A program made the translations under genes and the position numbers. Positions 27,701-39,500 of a stretch of DNA of 64,000 nt are shown in pieces (the first letter of the stretch is position 1; each line of letters opens with the position of its first letter). The notes beneath the pieces are model-generated. The model ran no database searches. It worked only from the letters and a program-made list of their open reading frames with translations, and had not been told where the DNA came from. Where the stretch lies: contig CAIOTT010000007.1 in the NCBI GenBank assembly GCA_903861305.1, positions 6,027 through 70,026 of the forward strand. Direction: 5' to 3'. The DNA comes from Candidatus Omnitrophota bacterium (GTDB taxonomy: Bacteria; Omnitrophota; Gorgyraeia; Zapsychrales; Fredricksoniimonadaceae).

Positions 27701-30519
27701 ACACGCGCAAGATAATATCTCGCCCTTTTGTAGTTGGGCGCCAGTTGTTCGACCTCAAGGAATTTTATCTTTGCCGACTCAAAATCATTATCGTGGTAAA
27801 AAACAACAGCCTGCGCGTAGGGTTCAGCAGCCTGCAGTTCGGCCCTGGCACGGACCTGACGCGCCGCCTCATCCCGGATATCATTATCGATCCGGGACAT
27901 ATACGTCCGAATGTTGTAGCCCGGATCAACGCCCGCCAGTTCCTGGAACTTTGATTTTGCCTCCGCGAACTTGCGGTTGGCATAAAGCTGGACCGCGTTC
28001 GAATAAAGCCCGTCAGCCTTGCGGGTCTTTTCTTCCTTGGCCAAACGGGCCTCCTGAGAGCGGATATCCTTCTCGATCCGGGAGAGATACAATTCCGTAT
28101 CCTTGTAACCAGGCACGACCCCCTGGACCTCGGCAAACTTGTTCCTGGCCTCAACATAATGGCCTTCCCTGTACAAACCCAAAGCCTGAATGTAAAGAGG
28201 TTCGGCTTGCTGCTCCCTGGCTTTGCGCTCATCTTCCTGGGTCTTGCGGGCGATATCCGCATCAACATGCGCGAGATATTTTGGCGTATCCTTGTAATCA
28301 GGCGCGGCCACTTCTGTCTGGACAAACTTTTCCTTGGCCGCGGCAAAATCACCAGTCTGATACAACGCCACCGCCTGCGCATAAACTTTCTCGGCCGCAT
28401 CGTTCCTGCTGCGCTCCTCGGCATCTTTCTTCTGCTTTTCTATCTGAGCGTCGATACCGCCAAGGATACGGGACGTTTCCTTGTAACCGGGATAGATCAC
28501 TTCAACCTGCAGGAATTTTTCTTTGGCTTCAGCGAATTGTCCACCCTGGTAAAGAACCTGGGCCTGGTCATAGAGCAGCTTGACCTGACTTTCCCTGACC
28601 CGCTCGAGGTCCGCGTCCTTCTTGCGCAGGATATCGTCATCAATATGCTCCAGATACGCGGAGGTCTGTTTGTAATTGGGAAGGGCTACCTCAACGGCAA
28701 TAAAACTTTTCTTGGCTTCTTCGAACTGCCCCGCTTGATAAGAGCTCAACGCCTGTGCGTACAATGTCTCGGCTTCTTTCGCACGCGCCGCTTTGGCAAC
28801 AGCCTCCTCATTAAGACGGATGTCCTCATCAATGCGGTTAAGGTAATACCTTGTTTTTTTCCAGTCCGGGAATATCCCGTCCGTCTCCTGGAATTTGGCC
28901 TTGGCCGCGGCAAAATCCTTGGCGTTATACGCGGCGAGGGCGTCATTATAAACAACATCCGCCCTGTCACGGGCAATATGCAATTTCTCCAGCTCTGCCT
29001 TCTGGGAGGCAATAACATCCTGGCTGCGCTGTGTTTTGGCCAAAAGCTCGATGTCGCTGTCGATCCGCTTAAGGTAGCTGCGCGTTGATTTATAATCCGG
29101 GACCCTCTGATCGACCGCGAGGAAACTTTCCTTCGCCTCGATCAAACGTCCTGACTGATAAAGGCGCAGCGCGGTCTCATACGAACCGTCCGCCTCGGTA
29201 ATGGTCTGCTTGAATTTTTCTTTCTCAGCTTTGCGGCGGGCCGTTTCTTCATCCCAGAGACGGCGATTTTCCTCCGCCTTCTTCTTCATGGCCTCACGTT
29301 CCGCCGCCTGCTTGGCCATATCGTCCATGCGCTTGAGATAATCACGCGTGGATTTATAATTCGGATAGATCCCGTCAACCTCGTTGAACTTTTCTTTGGC
29401 CTGGGCAAAAAGGTCCTTCTCGAACAACGCGACAGCCCCGACATAAATATACTCGGCCTGGTCCCGGACCTGGGCGAATTTTGCCTTCTCGTTGACCTCC
29501 ATGGCTTTACGGCGCTCTTCGACAGTTTTCTTTTCGTCCACGACTTCCTGCCAGCGTTGCTTCCCAAGATCGCGCTGGCGCTGAACGATAGACTGTCTTT
29601 TTTCGTTCTGGATGTCATTTTCAATGCGCGTCAGATACGCGCGCGTGGCCTTGAAATCCGGAACGACCCACTCGACCTCCTGGAACTTTTCACGGGCTGC
29701 GAGATAATCGCGCGCGCCATAAAGTTTAAGCGCCTCCTCATAAACGCCCAGCGCCTGTTTACGCAACTGCTCCTGGCGTTCCTGCTCTTTCTTTTCGATC
29801 TCCTTGCGCCATAACTCTTTCTCATGAAGGCGGGATATCTCATCTTCCTTCTGCTGACGCTCGATCTCTTTCTTTTGTTCCTTCATGTCAAGATGTTCGG
29901 TCTGGATGATATCCTGTTCCACGATCTGCAGATAACTGCGGACCGCCTTGTAATCCGGTGACATTTCCTCGACAAGCTGGAACTCATCCTTGGCCTCACG
30001 GAACTTCTGCTGTTTGTAAAGGCTCACTGCGGCCTGGTAGGCTGTTTCAGCGCGCTCCGTCGCAAGCTTCTGATCCTCGGCCTGACGGCGCTCCTGATCA
30101 GATTCCTGATGTTCAAGGGCGTTGGCCTGGAGTTTGGAACGCCGCTCGCTTTCCTTGATGTAATACTGCATTTCAGGATGTTCGGTGATCTTGATGGCCT
30201 TGTCAAACAACTGCCTGGCTTCCTCAAGGCGGCCTTCATCCCGAAGCTTCATGGCCTGTTCGTAGTACTCACGCGCCTTTTGTTCACGCTGCTGATTGCG
30301 CTTGACGACCGCCTGCTCCTTGATCTTGTCATTCACATTCTTGATATTATCTTTAGACTTCTTGATAAGAAGTTTAAGGTCATAGACATAATCAGACTGG
30401 CCCTTATCTTCTTTAAGAACAGAAGGTTGGCCATCATCCGCGATTTGTGCGTGAGCGTAGGCAACGGTCAGGAAGACCGCGCAGCAGAAGGTGAGTAATA
30501 CCAAACGGTATTGTTTCAT
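24790..30519 (-). CDS. Giant secreted TPR-like / coiled-coil repeat protein (1909 aa)
   Basis: Signal peptide MKQYRLVLLTFCCAVFLTVAYAHA. About 17-18 copies of the motif A(E/D)xLYxxAxxLYxxGx(F/Y)xEAKxKFxxVxxxxPxYKxTxxYLxRIDxDI are separated by K/E/R/Q-rich helical spacers. Confidence 0.85.
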   Translation of the reverse strand: MKQYRLVLLTFCCAVFLTVAYAHAQIADDGQPSVLKEDKGQSDYVYDLKLLIKKSKDNIKNVNDKIKEQAVVKRNQQREQKAREYYEQAMKLRDEGRLEEARQLFDKAIKITEHPEMQYYIKESERRSKLQANALEHQESDQERRQAEDQKLATERAETAYQAAVSLYKQQKFREAKDEFQLVEEMSPDYKAVRSYLQIVEQDIIQTEHLDMKEQKKEIERQQKEDEISRLHEKELWRKEIEKKEQERQEQLRKQALGVYEEALKLYGARDYLAAREKFQEVEWVVPDFKATRAYLTRIENDIQNEKRQSIVQRQRDLGKQRWQEVVDEKKTVEERRKAMEVNEKAKFAQVRDQAEYIYVGAVALFEKDLFAQAKEKFNEVDGIYPNYKSTRDYLKRMDDMAKQAAEREAMKKKAEENRRLWDEETARRKAEKEKFKQTITEADGSYETALRLYQSGRLIEAKESFLAVDQRVPDYKSTRSYLKRIDSDIELLAKTQRSQDVIASQKAELEKLHIARDRADVVYNDALAAYNAKDFAAAKAKFQETDGIFPDWKKTRYYLNRIDEDIRLNEEAVAKAARAKEAETLYAQALSSYQAGQFEEAKKSFIAVEVALPNYKQTSAYLEHIDDDILRKKDADLERVRESQVKLLYDQAQVLYQGGQFAEAKEKFLQVEVIYPGYKETSRILGGIDAQIEKQKKDAEERSRNDAAEKVYAQAVALYQTGDFAAAKEKFVQTEVAAPDYKDTPKYLAHVDADIARKTQEDERKAREQQAEPLYIQALGLYREGHYVEARNKFAEVQGVVPGYKDTELYLSRIEKDIRSQEARLAKEEKTRKADGLYSNAVQLYANRKFAEAKSKFQELAGVDPGYNIRTYMSRIDNDIRDEAARQVRARAELQAAEPYAQAVVFYHDNDFESAKIKFLEVEQLAPNYKRARYYLARVDEDARSRDKAFEKERLAKAEALYREGDVLEAAGSIPEAFKKFTDVEALRPDYKDVHVRQAKLRKAALDAGINLPEAASPQVDHDISTEEEKSVALYKEAVGLYKEKKYEEARVQFETLMQLKNGYRSTRQYLDSIKEIQALLAQQKQQSATVSPAPEAQPVQQAPAEEVKSAQDSAARQAVVQAVTAASAAPQGNIPVVRSPAEDSKAIAALAARSSAIYQQIKSLSQDKALSSAASTFAKVDRLIENLEAEHQRLAENLARQKKAEEEAALRAKRKEEEQARRQAKAMAAEKNALKEKAGAKAQEEVEARKSEISQERDDRRKKERADLERLKDEQREAQLKAEILYRQALSALRTRDYPVARERLTDIGKISPGYKDTVILMARLDRSQDEEKLNAEEAGDRGLIKGLAEKATALNLSILELSQKKDYVAVEVKFNDLESILKEIQVSKNRMVQRREQFEARWEEIASQRDSAAKKRMAPKSVKPGEDFISARQKSDVLIRDGQQLYSAENFAEARVKFMDAARADPTNRVAMKYVTRIDRILSQHDYEARHLREKAQVRGLDHKPADLTGAAAAAVPPSTDIKRAVEVAEEGSALYKAKRYREARIKYEELFQVGTEKDKRQANKYLDLIDRAMEKEKQAAEAERQAQEDRLLEERRAQAKLVEERDRRAQEREKHKTQELIAAQRDLDIRRQQELREIERKNTQQRQEMLSKKEQGTSAAVAQDHQERVKFTQQDGPSKEPSSKDAKVLESTAQQQQAQAVRVTKETKLEVTDASAESASKEKIRTSPSKVERRMARADAVDKKERERRAQVAKQLLEIEQAEEKKRQSYLNPAVGKGMDQAELIRRNQQDVKQILKNVAYDGVAVEGASQPSVAAEDPTTALLKQAASEERRLLDAQRVAIRKEFEAGTEQLYLEAIGFYKKKMYQDARQDFEQVNGLIQGYKDTDKYLKKIDRVLNSNTSSSN
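27520..28962 (-). repeat. Coding tandem repeat, ~189-bp (62-64 aa) period, ~8 units
   Basis: The LY of the motif falls at aa 524, 586, 650, 713, 776, 839, 901 and 963 of the 1909-aa protein, giving spacings of 62-64 aa. Confidence 0.7.
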
Positions 30520-30592
30520 AATATTCTAGGGATCCCTCGACGAAAAAGACACGGAAATCGTTGATAACAGTAACATTCTAATCCGAGCGGAG

Positions 30593-33500
30593 TCATTCTA
30601 GCACAGCCTTTGAAGCATCTTCCACAATTTTTTCCCACAATTTTCTGGCCTGCCAAAAGTCGCCTTTGTCAAAATATTCCCGCGCCCGCTGGAACGCGTT
30701 ATAAACCTTTTCTTCAAAGTCAATATGATGCCTGACGAACTGCGCCGCTTCCTCATACATCATCTGGGTCACGATGATGATCCGCTTGTACATCTGCTGT
30801 GCCTCATCATAATGCCCGCGTTTGTTGGCGGCCTGTGCCTGTTGATACACACGGTTCAATTCCAGGACGATCGGGCTGTCTGTGCGTTTGAACTCGGACT
30901 TGATCATCTTCCAGGCATACAGTTCGACACGGCGGTCGATCCACCGGGCCCTGGCGCGGGCGCGCTCCGCGGGGCTTTGGTCGTATAATTTCCCGGTCAT
31001 GCGCAGATAAGGGCCCTGCACCGTATAACTCAGGTTTGTCAGGTCATCCACAAAATTCGTAAAGTTATAGCCGATACCCATTTCCACGTTATCGTTAACG
31101 CTATGCACAGCTTCAAGAAGGAACCCGCTCTTGCGGTCCCTGGCTTCCTGCACCGCAAGCATCCGGTATTCTGCGCCGATCTTCCAATCCTGGTCAATGG
31201 TATAGTTGGCCCGGCTTACGGATAACCAGGTATGTGTCTTCGCAAAATCAAACCCGACGACCTTTTCATCCATGATCCTCAACGCCAGTTTTTCGATCAA
31301 TTCCCATTTATCATTCAGCTCATATGCGGCCCCTGCGGTCAGGACATGCATCTTGGTCGCCTCAATATCGGTCGCGGTCGTCTGGTCTATGGGGCCTTTA
31401 TTCTCTTTATAGGTATATTCACTAAAGAGGTTAACGCGGTCCATGGCCACAGGCCGGTAGGCTGCGCCCAGCATGATCTCCTTGTACCCTGCCTGCGTTG
31501 TTCCGGTATTCATGTCCTTGGTGACGGAATAATCGAACTTCCCGTGGACCGTGGTCTGTTCATTCAACTTCCCGTCAGCCGCTTGATAAAAAACATACTG
31601 GTGCGTATCAACAGGGCCTTTATCGATACGAACCTCCGCCTTGGTGGAACTCTGCAGAACGATCTTGCCTGTTTCCTTGTCCTTGTCAACATACCCCAGG
31701 CCCGTGGACAGCACGGTGCGGTCGGTCAGCGTCCCGTCAAGGTTATGGATCTTGCCCTTCTCCAGGCTGCCCAGCGCGGACACCTTGTCGTTGACGTCAC
31801 CCGTCAAACCGAAAATATTCGAGTCAGTAACGCCGGTCTGGCCATCGGCAATCTTGCGGGCGTACGACGTTTCAAGGTTGCGGCCATCCTTTGTCCGTGT
31901 GATCTTATAGGTGTTACCCTCCTCCTGGCTCGTTGTCCCGATCGAGTAAGAACGTTCCGTCGCGACTTGGATATTCGGGGTCATGGCGCCTTTTTCTCCC
32001 GCCGTGATGACCGTCGTCTTCCCCTCGACCGGCCTGTCGTCGATCTTGACACCGCCCGTTGTTTCACGCCCCGCCGTGTCCCTGCGCGATCCGTCCAGGC
32101 TCAACGCCTGATGGGCCTTTGTCGCGTCCGGTGACTGGCTGGTCTCAACCCCGAGCTTAAGATCAGTATTGTCGACCTTGGTCGCCCCGCTAAGTGCCAG
32201 AGCCCCTTCCTGCGCACCCGTCGTGGTCTGTGATACGCTCGTTAAAGCCTGGAGGGTTGTCGACTCATTCACCTTGGTCGTACCTCCCAGCGCGACCGTG
32301 CTCTTCGGCCCGGAGCTATTGCCCTGTGTCACGGCCGCCGTAGCGTCGAGCGATGTCTTGTCATTGATCTGGCCTTTGCTTCCCAGGGCCACTGTCTGTG
32401 AAAGCTCTCCCGAGCGTGCCCTGGCCAGGGTCAGATCTGTACTCAAAGCCAGTTTGGGCGAAACATTCGCCGTGACACCCGCTTTGGTGGCCGTACCGGC
32501 GCTGCCTACGGTCTCTTCGAGGGTCCCCTTGAGCTTGTTGGTCAATTGGTGGTCAACACCGAGCGTTGTTGCTGTATTTCCCGTCCCTGACACCTCGACC
32601 TGTTCCTTCAAGCGGATGTCCGTCTTTTCATTGAGGGCATACTGCGCTTCTGCCGCGGCGGTGGTGCTGTTGGCCTGCTGGGTCGTGGTCGTCCCGTTGC
32701 CCTTGGTCTGGGTGCTCGAGAACGCCTCGGTCAACCTCAAACGGCGGGCATCATGGACCAGCTGGACCATGGTCGTTGTTGTTTCCTGTCCGCCCACCTG
32801 CATCGAGGTCTGCAGATTACCATTAGTGATCAACCGCTGGACGTCACGGCTCGCGGTGAGGCGGGTGACGGGCGTCATGTCAAACGTCATGGCCATCCCG
32901 TTCATTGCCTTGCCCTGCTGGGACGTGGTCGATCCCGTCGAGAAGCCATCCCCGATCCACTTGTAATAACTCTTAAGGCCGACCCTGTCGAACAGGCGCG
33001 CGTCCTGCGTGATCCCGTACGCCTTGCCCTTGCTGCTCGCGGCGTTGGACACATCGCTGAAGGTGATGCCGCCGTCTGTCGATATAAAATTGTTCTGGGC
33101 CGCGGCCGTGGTCTCGGCGTATTCGGCGCGCACGATAGAATCCTTGGCCAGGTGGACCGTCACATCCTCTCCGCTCAACTGGTATTTGCCGGTTGCCTGC
33201 GTTTCAGAAACATACGTAGCCCCCGCCACAACATTCTTGCCAAGGGCTTCCGTGACCCGTGCGCCCTCGGTCCCCTCGGCCAGCTGGTCATGGACGAAGT
33301 ATTCGTAATCCGCCACCACATACATCGGATCCCCGCCGAGAAGATTGTTGGAGATCAGCTGATTATTATCAACGGACATCGACAAGGGGCGCCAGAAGAG
33401 GATGCGGCCATTGGAGGGGTCAATGGAATAATCAACACCGCTCTTCATCTCCACAATGGATTTCACGAGCCCCGTGACCGCGTCCCTCACCTCCACTTTC

Positions 33501-36500
33501 ACCTTGTCCGTACCCTGCACAATATCATTGTTCTTGAAATAATAGAGCGACCCGCCCGTGGCCAGGAACTCGTTATGCGCAGCCCGCTGGTGGACTTCGG
33601 CGTGAAAGACCGCTATGCCGGTCTTCGACTCGCCGTGATCCGTTGTGGCGACACTCTTGTAATCAAGCTTCCCGCCATACAGCGTCCGGGTATAGTTCGC
33701 GAATTCCGTGTCATTGAACGCCACCGCGTAATTACCCCAGATCGCCTGGGATTTGTCCCAGTCGACAGAAAGGTACAAAGGCCCTTCCGTGTTCGTCGCG
33801 TCGTAATTCAAGGTCGAATTGTCGCCGTAAACCGGATAATATTCATTGTCCTTGAATGTGCGCAGAGCCGCCTTCGTCTGGCGTTCCGTGTCAAAACTTG
33901 ACGTCACGATATATTTCCCCTGGATCTTGCCTTTGAGATAATAGGCCATCTTGCCCTGATCGTAGAACCCGCGGCGATACTGGTCATTGCTCTGGACCGG
34001 CTCGATGTGGCCGCGGTCCATGTTATACCCGACCTTGCCATCGCCCATGGCCACGAACATGAGGTAATCTTCCCCGACCTTCAGCGGCTTCCTGTAGTGG
34101 GCTGTCTGGACCGGTGCGGCCTCAATGACCTCGGGCATACCCGGCGTTGCAGCCGCCGCGTGTTGATCAACCCCCGGATTCACGGATGCCTGCCCCGTGA
34201 CCGGCCTGGACCATCCCTCCTGGCCTTTGTCCTGGGCAGAGACTACCTCAAGTTCGTAATCCCCATCAGGCAAAATGACCTCCATCGGGACAGCCTGTTC
34301 CGCGGACTGCCCGGCGGCGAGGTCCTGCGCGGTCAGCCCGTGTTGTTCAGCCACAGGCACTTCCGCGAACACCTGGCCATTCCTGAGGATCACGACCTGG
34401 CGCACATCACTGCCCACGGGCTTAAGCGTGAGGGTGTCCCCCTTGACCCAGATATTGCGGGTTTTCGTGACATCCCCTCCCGCGAGCGCGAGAAGGAAAT
34501 TATGATATTTCTTTGTGCGGGCCGCGGCCTCATCCTTCTTTTCCTGGGCCGTCCGCAATCGCTGGCGATCAAGCATCTCGGCATCTGTCATCACCTTCAA
34601 CGCCAGCGGCTGTTCTTTGGTCTCGTCCCATTTCTCATGATCGCCCTGGACCTTGAGCACATACGCGTAATGATGGTCCGCGCGGAGGTACCGGCCCAAG
34701 GAATCCCTCCCGTCCCAGTAAACAGGATCATTGATGTTGGAGCGGGTCCCTTTGAACGAGCGCACCAGCCTCTTGGTGTCCGCGTCAACAACATCAAGCT
34801 GCCAGGATACGAGGAACGGCGCGTAATTGGTGAACAGCCGGAACTCGATCTGTTCGATCACGGTGTCGTTGTGCAGGAGTATCCCGTCGTTGAACATGTT
34901 GACGTTCAGCCTTGGCTTGGGTGCGGTCGGGCTTTGGTCGACCTTCAGTTCTTTCTGGAAATACTCTGCATCCTTGCCCACGATCTGGGTGTTATCGATA
35001 TTGACACCGAAATTGACCTTGATGATGCTCCCCGGGGTCACATCCACGACCTGGACCTTGTCCGTTGTCAAATAGGCTCCCGGCGGCAATGTCCTCTCAT
35101 CGAGCCTCAACAGATGCCGGCCTGGCACAAGCGCCGGGATATGGAACTGCCCGTTCTCGTCCGCTGTGACCACCGTCCCGTCTTCCATCGCCAGGCTCAC
35201 ATTGGGCACCGGCCCCTCGATGATCTCCTGGCGGTCTTCATAACTATACTGCGGGTCATCCTGACGGCCATTCTCGTTGAGGTCATAGAACACCTTGCCG
35301 AACACGGTGCCCGCGTCAAAAAGCGGGTCCAGCACGATCTTGACGGTAGCCACGGAATTGTTGGAGATCACAAAGCCCGTGGGATACTGCATGTTCGCCA
35401 CGTTATCATAGGCCCCGGGGGCCACGCCGGCACCGATGACCAGCTGGTAACGTACGATCTTTTTCTGGCCCGGCATGAAATTACCGGGAAGGAACGTGAG
35501 GGGCCTGTTACCCGTCGGATCCGGCATGGGGACCCCATCCAGCAAGGCACGGCCGCTCATGAACTTGAAGCCGGGCGGGATCACGTCCACAAGCCGCGGC
35601 GCGAGCACCGGGTTCGTTGCCGAGAGGCATTCGATCGTGACCGTGTAGGTCACGACCTCACCGACCCTGGCTTCCGTCTTGTTCGCCTTTTTCTCGATCC
35701 TGAACAGATACGGGGTCCCGTCCATGGGCTGGTCGATCTGGAAGACCACGCCGTTCGAGATGAACACATCGCCGCGCGAACCATTGGTGATGCTGCGGCC
35801 CGGCGGGAGCTTGTCATCGGGCAGGGTCGTCGGATAGGTGTACGCCGGTGCCGTGACCAGCAGCTTGTAGGAGCCATCCGCTGTCAGGAACGAGAACACC
35901 CCGTCCGCCGCTGTGATCTTGGGGTTGGTGTCGGTGGCCGCGATGTCGACCCCGGGCACCGCCTTGATCCCGTTCGATCTCAAGATGGTCACACTCGCCC
36001 CGCCGAGCGGCTGGCTGGAGGTCGAGTCAAAGACAACACCGTCGATATCGCTGACGATATATGTCAGAAGCGCGCTTGAAACGCCGTTAACGACAACGGA
36101 AAGGTAATTGTGGCCGCGCCCCAAAGGACGGGTCAGCGTGACCGCGAATGTCCCATCCCCGGCAACAACGCCCTGGCCCATGTAAGCCTCCGGAGGCAGG
36201 GAGAGCAGGTAATGACCTTCCTGGTCTTTGGCGACGATCAGCACCTGGCTTCCCGGCGCGGCGTTGCCCGTGATCACAGGCTTGCTCGTCAGGACGAACG
36301 ATTGATCCAGGGGCGATGTGATCACCGGGACCTGTGCCGGTGTCGGGGTGACAACGACCGAGAACGTCGAAGAATTCCCGGCAAGGGTCAGGTAATACGG
36401 GGTGATCTTGTTCGACACCGGATTGTTCGGGTCCGAATCAAGGACCAGCTTGGTCACCGTTCCCTGTGAGGCATCATCTTTCCCGACAACAACGCGGAAA

Positions 36501-39500
36501 TTCCCGTTCGTATCCGCCGTGGTCGTGGCGATCACCGCTCCGGTCCCGTCCTTGAGGGTAACAACGTGCCCGGGAACGCCGTGCCCGATCACTGTCGGCT
36601 GTGGCCCTGCCGTCGTGCCCGCAGCCGGTGTCAGGATATTGAGCGTGAAGAAAAGCCAGTGGATATTGGTCGACGTGATGCCGTTCTTGTTGTCCACGGA
36701 ATTCATGGCCAGGATATCCGTGGCGGGGTTCACCGGATAATTCGAGAACACGGCCGTGGAATCACGCACATCGACGGCATTGGCCAGCGGCCCTGTGTTC
36801 GGGATGGTCAGCATCCAGGATGTTGGGTTCCCGGCTGTGCTGTCAGTCGTCGATCGCAGGACCAGACTATGCACCGCATTGCCCGCGAGATCCAGGTTAC
36901 CTGCAATGGTCTGGTTGGAACCCTGCGCGAATTTGATGGTCTTGGCCCCAGCGGGTATCTGCGCCTTGAAGTCCTGGAACACCGTATCCCCGCTGATGGT
37001 GACAACATTGTTCCCGCTGAACGTGACCTTCCCGCTGTTATGCGCAAAATTACCCGCGCTGTGGGCGAACCCGCCCTGCACCGTGAAGTCCTTGCCGCTG
37101 CCCGGGGCCGTAAAATTACCGCCCGTCATCCCGAAGTCGCCGCGCAGGTCAATGGATCTGGCGCCGGCATTGAGCGTCGCGCCCGCCACGGTCAGGTTCC
37201 CGTAAATGGTCATGTCAACGCCGCTCACAAAGGCGGAAGGCGTCCCTGAAGGATTATTGTCGACGAGAAGGTTATAAAAGACACTCGGCGCCGTCAGCGG
37301 GAAGCTGCTGCCGACAACCCCGTTGCCGTGGTATTCAAAGGTCCCGGAATAAATATCCGGATCGACGATGTTAACGGCCTCATTGCCCTGAAGATAAATG
37401 GTGCCATCGTTGGAAAATGCCCCGGTCACGTCAAACTTGTAACCATCCGTGTAAAGCCTGGCGTCCACATCCAGGGTCATGTTGATCACGTTAACGTCAT
37501 ACTGTTCTGGATCTGGCGGCACATGCGGCGCCGTGAAATGCGGCGGGTTCGCCATACTGCCGGGGATCCGGACACTATCCGCGACCATCGCGCCGTGCGC
37601 GTTCATGGGCACAAGACCAAGGTCCCAGTTATTGGGCACACGCCAATCCGTGGAAAGGGACCCTGTCCAGGTGAACAGGCTTGATCCGAACAGCCAGTGC
37701 GTGTCGTTGTACAGCGCAAAATTGGAATGGTCCGTCGACTCCCTTGCCACAAGGTATATCCCGCCGCTGGCGTTGGAATCCTTAACATCCACGAAACTGA
37801 TATGCTGCAAACCTCCCGGGACCAGGGTTATGCCCGCGGCCGTACCGGCCAGGTCCGACCTCAGCAGCATTTCATTGCCGGAAAGCCCCTGCAGGGTCAG
37901 GTCATTGGTGATCGTCTGCAACGCCGTATGGTCAAAGGTCAGTTGATGGACCTGGATCCCGGCAGGGATCGTCTTGGTCAATTTATAGAATGTCGTGCTC
38001 CCCGTTAACGCCTGCACGGTCGTGCCCGTGCTGGACGTGGCATCCAGCGCCACGGTGCCGTGATTCGCGTTAAAAGAGAGTCCCGCCGTATTGGTGAAAT
38101 TCCCGGCCACCGCGAGCGTCTTGCCTGTGCCGGGCGCCAGGAACGAACCGCCTGTCATCACGAAATTCCTTCCGACATCGAGGCCCACGGCCGTCGCGTT
38201 AAAAGACGAACCGCTGATGGTAAGGGTCCCGTAGATCGCCAGGTCCAGGTTGGCCGTGAACGCGGAAGCTGAACCCGTAAAAGGTGCCTGCACGATAAGG
38301 TCGTGGAACATGACGGGCCTTCCGCCGCCCGTGATGGTGAACGGTGTCCCCGCGCCATCCCCGTGATACACAAAAGAACCATTGTAAATATCCGGGTCAA
38401 CGATGCTGACCGCCTCGCCTCCATCAAGATAGATCGACCCGTCATTGACGAACGTTCCCGAGACCGTGAGGCCATGCCCGTCAAGATACAGGCTCGCGTC
38501 CACCGCGTACAGGCCAAGGTCCACAAGGACAGGAGCGCCTGAACCCGTGGTCAGGTGCGGTTTATCCACTGTGCTCGGGATCTGGACACTGTCGCCGTTG
38601 CGCGGGGTCTTGCCAAGGTCCCAGTTCGACGGCACTTCCCACGCGTTATGCGACAATGACAACGGGTTCGGTGTCCCGTCCCAGACAAAGCTCGTTGGCC
38701 CGAAGACCCAGTGGGGATAATTGCTCACCCCAACGGAAGCTCCGTCCCCGACCAGCAAGAGGCCGCCGACAGCGCTGTTATCCTGCACCGACACATTATG
38801 GATATCCTGCACCCCGCCCGTTGCCAGCAGGAGGAACGGCGCAGTGCCTGCCGCAGAACTGACAATGTTAAGACGGTGTGTCGCGTCGATCCCGTTAAGG
38901 CTGAGGCTGTTCGCCACCATATAGGTATACGGCGTGCCCGGACCAACCCCGACCCCGAAGGTCAGGGTCTGGGGTCCCGTGACCACATTCTTCGTCAATC
39001 CGTAGAACGCGATACTGCCGCTGATCGTCTGGTTGGAACCCACGAGGGGATTCGAGAAGACGACCGTACCATCATTGGGGGTGAACGTCCCCGCGGTGCG
39101 GGTGAAGTTCCCGGATACCGTGAAGGAGTGGGATGCATCCGGCGTCGTGAAAGCGCCTGACGACAACACAAAATTATCCAGGGCCAGGTTCCCGGCCTGG
39201 GTATCGACGACCCCGCCGTTGACCGCAGTGCCATGGCCCACCGTGAGGGTCTTGCCGGAAGCAAGCAGGACACTCCCGGCCGTGAAGGCCGCGTCCGTGT
39301 ACACGGTCAGATCGACCCCGACCGTGAACGTGCCATGCGAACTTCTCGCGGAATCATCCACGATGAGAGAATGATACCCGGTCAACGGCGTGCCGGCGAC
39401 CGTGAAACTCGTTGTGATATCGACACCCGCGCCATTGGGCCGGCCCAGGTATTTGAAAACACCGGTATCCGTCAAGGCCGCGGCCGCGACCGCCTCATAA

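Noticed and set aside
34007-36079. A 690-aa plus-strand ORF and many other 60-400-aa ORFs antisense to the giant genes (for example 31232..32134, 32753..33901, 27669..28583, 28159..29088)
   Set aside because: They lie entirely inside much longer minus-strand ORFs that have recognisable domains. Their translations are Arg/His/Gly-rich with no motifs, which is typical of shadow frames in moderately GC-rich repetitive DNA.
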